Origin: Chlamydiales bacterium
GTDB lineage: Bacteria; Chlamydiota; Chlamydiia; Chlamydiales; JAAKFR01
Direction: 5' to 3'
DNA length: 64,000 bases
Assembly: GCA_022601445.1 (NCBI GenBank)
Contig: JAJACP010000005.1
Coordinates: forward strand, 21,806 to 85,805
Part shown: positions 62,867-64,000 of the stretch, one piece after another
Layout: the number at the start of each line of letters is the position of its first letter
Position numbering within the stretch: position 1 is the first letter of the stretch
The notes under the pieces: generated by a model
Database searches by the model: none
What the model was told of the DNA's origin: nothing
Seen by the model: only the letters and a program-made list of their open reading frames with translations
Translations under genes and position numbers: made by a program

Positions 62867-63961
62867 ATGCAGGTGGTGGAGTATCTTCAGTTCATGCCAG
62901 TAAAAGAGACTCTTCCTATCACTCTATCTCCTCCCCCCATTCAATACGATTTGGTCTTTGGAGACAACCTTCTTGAGCACGCCTTTTCCTACGCCAGGTC
63001 ACACGGACTCAGACCTATTTTGATCACCACTACAGTCTTGCAAGGGATGCTTCCTCAACTCAAAGAAGACAAAATTGTCCTCCCTCAAGGAGAATCTATC
63101 AAATCGCGTGCCATGAAGGAAAAAATTGAAGATGCTCTAATCGAAAGAGGGTGCGGTAGAGAGAGTTGTTTGATTGCCGTTGGAGGGGGGGCTCTTCTGG
63201 ATTTAGTGGGCTTTGTTTCAGCAACTTATTGTAGGGGTATATCTTATGTTTCTATGCCTTCTACTTTGATTGCTATGACAGACGCCTCAATTGGAGGGAA
63301 GACAGGGGTCAATGTTGAAGAAGCGAAAAATTGGATAGGGGCGTTTCATCACCCCAGTAAGGTTTTCATTGACTTCACTTTATTACGTACCCTTCCCCAA
63401 AGAGAGTTTGCAGTTGGATTTGCCGAGTCGATTAAACACGGATTGATTGACGACGCAGATTTTTTTCACTTTATTGAAACCCACTACGAGCAGCTTTTAC
63501 AACGCGATTCTGAGCTCGTCCGTGAGATGGTTCAACGTAGCTGCGCGATTAAAGCAGCGATTGTGGAAAAAGATCCTTATGAAAGAGGGGGGGTGAGACG
63601 AATTCTTAATTTTGGTCATACAATCGGACACGCTCTGGAAACGCTTTCGGACTATGCCTGTCCCCATGGCCAAGCCGTATTAATGGGGATGCATGTTGAG
63701 GCTGCTATGGCCCATCGATTGGACTATCTCTCGACAGCTTCTTATCGTCGGCTGGCTACTTTTTTAGAAAAGTTTCCTGTTCTTGCTGACTTTCCGGATC
63801 ATGTGCCATATGAGATGCTAAGACGGGATAAAAAAGGGGCGCACCGTTTTGTTGTGCTGACAGATATTGGATCTGTTGCTTCTTTTGAAGGGGAGTATGC
63901 AACCACACTATCTGAAGAAATTTTAAAGGCGAGCTGGAAAGATGTTATGTGCCCCCATTAG
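62867..63961 (+). CDS. aroB: 3-dehydroquinate synthase
   Basis: AVGGGALLDLVGF, DASIGGKTGVN, ESIKHG and NFGHTIGHALE. Start trimmed to ATG 62867 because the longer ORF reads through the repeat element. Confidence 0.9.
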   Translation: MQVVEYLQFMPVKETLPITLSPPPIQYDLVFGDNLLEHAFSYARSHGLRPILITTTVLQGMLPQLKEDKIVLPQGESIKSRAMKEKIEDALIERGCGRESCLIAVGGGALLDLVGFVSATYCRGISYVSMPSTLIAMTDASIGGKTGVNVEEAKNWIGAFHHPSKVFIDFTLLRTLPQREFAVGFAESIKHGLIDDADFFHFIETHYEQLLQRDSELVREMVQRSCAIKAAIVEKDPYERGGVRRILNFGHTIGHALETLSDYACPHGQAVLMGMHVEAAMAHRLDYLSTASYRRLATFLEKFPVLADFPDHVPYEMLRRDKKGAHRFVVLTDIGSVASFEGEYATTLSEEILKASWKDVMCPH

Positions 63962-64000
63962 GCGCGACTCTCTGGACACCATCGAGCAAGCGAATCAGAA

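Overview
This 64-kb window is a gene-dense bacterial chromosome segment. Its content and local gene order point to an environmental member of the phylum Chlamydiae (Waddlia/Parachlamydia-like), but that assignment is inference, not a database hit. The chlamydial hallmarks are listed here.
- Three tandem MOMP-like cysteine-rich outer-membrane proteins.
- nqrBCDE without nqrA or nqrF.
- The block sodA-accD-dut-ptsN-ptsN.
- The block dnaA-bactofilin-comF-TamB-like-nqr.
- Plant-type FabI, ClpC, a PLD-family protein and an LcrH/SycD-like TPR chaperone.
- Several proteins with Inc-like bilobed hydrophobic domains.

Housekeeping genes make up most of the window:
- Nucleotide metabolism and DNA repair: dcd (partial), MazG, a NUDIX hydrolase, MutY, radA.
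- RNA and translation: an RluA-family pseudouridine synthase, a DEAD-box helicase, rnc, mnmA.
- Membrane and envelope: two CNNM/CorC paralogs, a PgpH-like HD phosphohydrolase, GT4 and GT9 glycosyltransferases.
- Cofactor and other metabolism: a cysteine desulfurase, a PP2C phosphatase, an SDR, a phosphohexomutase, hemC/hemD, an LplA-like ligase, gcvH, aroB.

No rRNA, tRNA, CRISPR array, transposase or prophage gene was seen.

One RNA gene is not explained by the ORF track. A small SRP (4.5S) RNA lies on the minus strand at about 13952-14062, under a spurious 101-aa ORF.

The main findings are these.
1. A family of ~110-bp imperfect palindromic, MITE-like intergenic elements. There are four full copies and two solo arms. 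One copy is flanked by an exact 11-bp direct repeat.
2. A different ~265-bp nested inverted-repeat structure downstream of fabI.
3. An Inc-like membrane protein whose C-terminal domain resembles a YopH-type tyrosine phosphatase, with the catalytic Cys and Arg replaced.
4. An AsnB homolog lacking the N-terminal nucleophile Cys and carrying a degenerate PP-loop.
5. A HigB/HigA-type toxin-antitoxin pair with a near-consensus promoter.
6. A hemC truncated before its cofactor-binding domain, with an antisense Inc-like gene in that position.
7. A 1128-aa coiled-coil protein and a chaperone-partner gene pair that are candidate type III secretion components.
8. A cluster of DnaA-box-like sites upstream of dnaA.

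All functional calls come from reading the translations for motifs. No searches were run.
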